In this document: positions 61,051 to 64,000 of the stretch, in pieces
How positions within the stretch are numbered: the first letter of the stretch is position 1
Layout: each line of letters opens with the position of its first letter
Assembly: GCA_965223855.1 (NCBI GenBank)
Contig: CBDCXM010000008.1
Location: 544,001-608,000, forward strand
Reading direction: 5' to 3'
Source: Candidatus Multivoradales bacterium
Lineage (GTDB): Bacteria; Acidobacteriota; Thermoanaerobaculia; Multivoradales; JAHEKO01
DNA length: 64,000 nucleotides
The notes under the pieces: generated by a model
Databases searched by the model: none
Seen by the model: the letters and a program-made list of their open reading frames with translations, nothing else
Told to the model about the DNA's origin: nothing
Translations under genes and position numbers: made by a program

Positions 61051-62823
61051 ATGCCTCGACGAAGCCTGCTGGTCACGCTGCTGGCCGCTTTCGGATGCTC
61101 GCGCGAGCCCTCCTTCCGCGACGTCCAGAAGGGGGAGATCGAGCTCGACGCCTCCGAACAGGTGGCGATCGAGCGCCTCCTCGACGAGAGCGACCTGAAA
61201 GCGAGCGAGCTGCGCCTGGCCGTCCCTGACGCTGTCGGCTCGACCCCGGCAGACTCATCCGCAACCCAACCGCCCGCGCCGAGCGTGACGATCGACGCGG
61301 GTCACGTCGTCCGTCTGTCGATCGATCGCGAAGTTCGCGAGCCTGCTCTCCTGGCACCCTTCGCTCGCCTGCGAGAGCTGAGGCTCGGCAGGCCTGAGTT
61401 CGCCGACCTCCAGCGGTTCGGCTCTCACCCCGAACTCGTCACGATGCGTCTCGGCGGCTGGTTCGGGTCGGTAGCGAGCCTCGCGGGGCTCGAAGGGTGC
61501 GACTCGCTCGAGGTGCTCCAGGTGCGGGGTCCGCTCGCGGACCTCTCGCCGCTGGGCAAGTGTTCGAACCTTCGCGAGCTGCATCTCGAGCGGGGCGCCC
61601 TGACGAGTCTCGAGACCCTCCCCCGTTCCGATGCGCTTCGCTCGATCACCCTTGCCTCGGGGGAGCTCGAGTCTCTCGCCGGTCTCGAGGCGGCTACGGC
61701 GCTCGAAACCCTCACCCTCGCCGATCTGGACCTCCTCACGACCCTCGCGACCTTGCCGTCGCTGGAAGCGCTACGGGAGTTGACCGTCCATCGCGGCGGA
61801 CTGACGACCCTCGCGGGGCTGCCGCCGCTGCCGTCGCTCGAGACGCTAACCGTCGCGGACGCGCCGCTGGCCGATCCAGGCGACTTCGGCCGCCGGGGCG
61901 CCGCCTGGCCTCGGCTGCGGACGCTCGAGCTGACTGACGGCGAACTCACCGGCGCCGTCCAGCTCGACTCGTTCGACGCTCTCGAGCAGCTCGACCTCAG
62001 CGGGAACGCCGTCACGGCTCTGACCCTGGCTCCGCAGCCGCAACTCACCAGCCTTTCGCTCGCGAACACCCGTTCGAGCGATCTGTCAGGCCTCGGCAGG
62101 CAGCCTCGTCTCGAGACCGTCGACCTCAACGCCACGCCGGTTCGGGATCTCACACCTCTGCTGGAACTGCCGGCGCTTCGTTATCTCGACATTCTCGACA
62201 GCGAGGTCGGCGAGGTGCCTCGCGGTCTGCTCGAGCGGGCGGTCGCGATTCGCCGCGACGAGGCTCAGGTCGAGGCCAACCAATGGGAGCAGACCCTGCG
62301 CGAAGCGTGGGAGGAAGAGGGCTTCCTCGAGCACCTTCCCTCAGGCGGCGGCGGGAGCGTTCGGCGCCATCGGAGCCGCTGTCGCTGGATCGCCGGGACC
62401 TTTCGCGACCCCAGGCTGTCCTGCGACAACAGCGCCGAGTCACTCGCCGGCTTCGTCTGGGTCCCGCTGGTCCGGGTCGATCCTCTGCGACCTGCCTCCG
62501 GCGGCCCCAACCAGGTCCGAGTCCGCGTGACACTGGAGGTCGAGGAGGGAACGGCCCGGGTCTACGTCCGCGATCGGATCGATTTCCGCGGGCTGGCCGA
62601 GGCGCTCGCCGGCTACCACGACTCCTCCGGGCCGATGATCTCGTTCGGCGATCAGAGGGACCCGGAGGACTACCGCGACGGCTATCGATTCGCCGAAGCG
62701 CGCCCGGGAGAGCCCGGCATCGTCAGCGGCGAGGCGGCCTTGCTGGTCGATCAGTGGGTGATCTGGCTCGAGTCAGTCGATGGCCCGGCTCGCGGTGTCT
62801 CGTACAAGGTCGAGCCGCGCTAG
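61051..62823 (+). CDS. Leucine-rich-repeat (internalin-like) lipoprotein
   Basis: Start ATG 61051; lipobox AFGC; about 11-12 LRR units of roughly 22 aa (LxxLxL), then an unrelated C-terminal domain. Confidence 0.85.
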   Translation: MPRRSLLVTLLAAFGCSREPSFRDVQKGEIELDASEQVAIERLLDESDLKASELRLAVPDAVGSTPADSSATQPPAPSVTIDAGHVVRLSIDREVREPALLAPFARLRELRLGRPEFADLQRFGSHPELVTMRLGGWFGSVASLAGLEGCDSLEVLQVRGPLADLSPLGKCSNLRELHLERGALTSLETLPRSDALRSITLASGELESLAGLEAATALETLTLADLDLLTTLATLPSLEALRELTVHRGGLTTLAGLPPLPSLETLTVADAPLADPGDFGRRGAAWPRLRTLELTDGELTGAVQLDSFDALEQLDLSGNAVTALTLAPQPQLTSLSLANTRSSDLSGLGRQPRLETVDLNATPVRDLTPLLELPALRYLDILDSEVGEVPRGLLERAVAIRRDEAQVEANQWEQTLREAWEEEGFLEHLPSGGGGSVRRHRSRCRWIAGTFRDPRLSCDNSAESLAGFVWVPLVRVDPLRPASGGPNQVRVRVTLEVEEGTARVYVRDRIDFRGLAEALAGYHDSSGPMISFGDQRDPEDYRDGYRFAEARPGEPGIVSGEAALLVDQWVIWLESVDGPARGVSYKVEPR

Positions 62824-62916
62824 CGGCCTGTTCTGCTAGTTTCGTCTACACCGGAACCGCAGTTGTCGAAGGCGTCTTCTCTCCTCCAAGAGGGAGCGCC
62901 GTGGGAGGAGAGCGCG

Positions 62917-64000
62917 ATGTCGGACACCGTGACCGAAGTCACCAGCCGCAGTTGGGGGAGCCGCCTCAAGGGTTCGTTCAAGGGGATCTTCTTCGGCATC
63001 GCGCTCGTCGCGCTGTCGTGCTGGCTGCTTTTCAAGAACGAAGGGCGCGCCGTCACCCGTTACAAGGCGCTCAAGGAGGGGGTCGCCACGGTGGTGAGCG
63101 TCTCCAGCGAGCGAGTCGATCCCGCACTCGAAGGGAAGCTCGTCCACACCACCGGCCTGGCGGATCCGACCGGCACGCTGGCCGACGTGCTCTTCGGCAT
63201 CAGCGCCGACGCGATCCACCTCGAGCGCAAGGTCGAGATGTACCAGTGGCACGAGACCGGCGACAGCAAGACCGAAAAGAAGCTCGGCGGCGGGACGGAG
63301 ACGACGACCACCTACTCCTACGAAACCAGGTGGTCCGAGCAGCATTCCGACTCCCGATCCTTCCGACAGCCGGCCGGGCACGAGAACCCGCCCTCGATGC
63401 CGTTCCGCTCGGAGTCATTCTCGGCCCCGAGAGTCCAGCTCGGCGCCTTCACCCTCTCCGACGGCCTCATCCGCCGGATGCGCGAGTTCGAGCCACACAC
63501 CGTCGGCTCCGTGAGCGGGCTGCCGCCCGCTCTGCTCTCTCGAGCGCGGCTTCACGACGGCGGCATCTATGTCGGCGGCAATCCGAGCTCGCCCGCGATC
63601 GGAGACCTCCGCATCTCCTACCGCAAGGTCGTACCGGCCACGGTCAGCGTCGTCGCCCGCCAGTCGGGGTCGGGACTTGCCGCCCACCCGACCCGCGCCG
63701 GCAGCTCGATCGAACTGCTCCGAACGGGGGTCGCCACCGCCGACGAGATGTTCGAAGCGGCGAAGGAGGCCAACAAGGTCACCACCTGGATCCTCCGCGC
63801 CGTCGGCTTCTTCATGATGCTGCTCGGCTTTCGCAGCATCCTGCGCCCGCTCTCGGTGTTGGCCGACGTGCTGCCCGCGCTGGGCAATCTCGTCGAGAAG
63901 GGGGTCACCGCCGTCTCCTTCTTCCTGGCGGCACCGCTGGCGCTCGTGGTCATCGCCTTCGCCTGGATTTTCTATCGGCCGCTCCTGGCGATCGTGCTTC
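62917..64000 (+). CDS. TMEM43 (LUMA/DUF1625) family membrane protein; runs off the right edge
   Basis: Not in the ORF track. GGAGGAG RBS; MSDTVTEVTSRSWGSRLKGSFKGIFFG...LFKNEGRAV, LEGKLVH, RKVEMYQWHE, GHENP, PAIGDLRISY, TWILRAVG, AWIFYRP. Confidence 0.9.
   Translation, partial: MSDTVTEVTSRSWGSRLKGSFKGIFFGIALVALSCWLLFKNEGRAVTRYKALKEGVATVVSVSSERVDPALEGKLVHTTGLADPTGTLADVLFGISADAIHLERKVEMYQWHETGDSKTEKKLGGGTETTTTYSYETRWSEQHSDSRSFRQPAGHENPPSMPFRSESFSAPRVQLGAFTLSDGLIRRMREFEPHTVGSVSGLPPALLSRARLHDGGIYVGGNPSSPAIGDLRISYRKVVPATVSVVARQSGSGLAAHPTRAGSSIELLRTGVATADEMFEAAKEANKVTTWILRAVGFFMMLLGFRSILRPLSVLADVLPALGNLVEKGVTAVSFFLAAPLALVVIAFAWIFYRPLLAIVL

Overview
A GC-rich (roughly 70% by eye), gene-dense bacterial chromosome segment with about 50 protein-coding genes. 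I found no rRNA, tRNA, CRISPR array, transposase or phage genes. Gene content and C-terminal motifs ([19 protein letters not shown]; TPR/FG-GAP/UnbV protein; TLPSH sulfatase) suggest Acidobacteriota, probably Thermoanaerobaculia; this is an inference. The housekeeping backbone is mtaB, uvrA, smpB, polA, ligA, selB, tupABC and glpD. The most notable items are: (1) a MamK-family actin gene with no other magnetosome genes in the window, co-oriented between a membrane-anchored peptidoglycan amidase and ligA; (2) a divergent three-gene cluster of predicted exported redox proteins (multicopper oxidase lipoprotein, large single-CxxCH protein, Tat flavin amine/amino-acid oxidase); (3) a GAF-AAA+ activator with a non-canonical GVATGV loop, followed by a good sigma54 promoter, a small membrane-protein ORF and an RsbW/RsbV/RsbU-like partner switch; (4) a recurrent TANNNT element 6-9 nt before start codons, suggesting widespread leaderless mRNAs; (5) a six-repeat secreted-protein gene broken by about ten frameshifts, probably sequencing errors. 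All calls come from manual reading and recalled family motifs; no database search was run.
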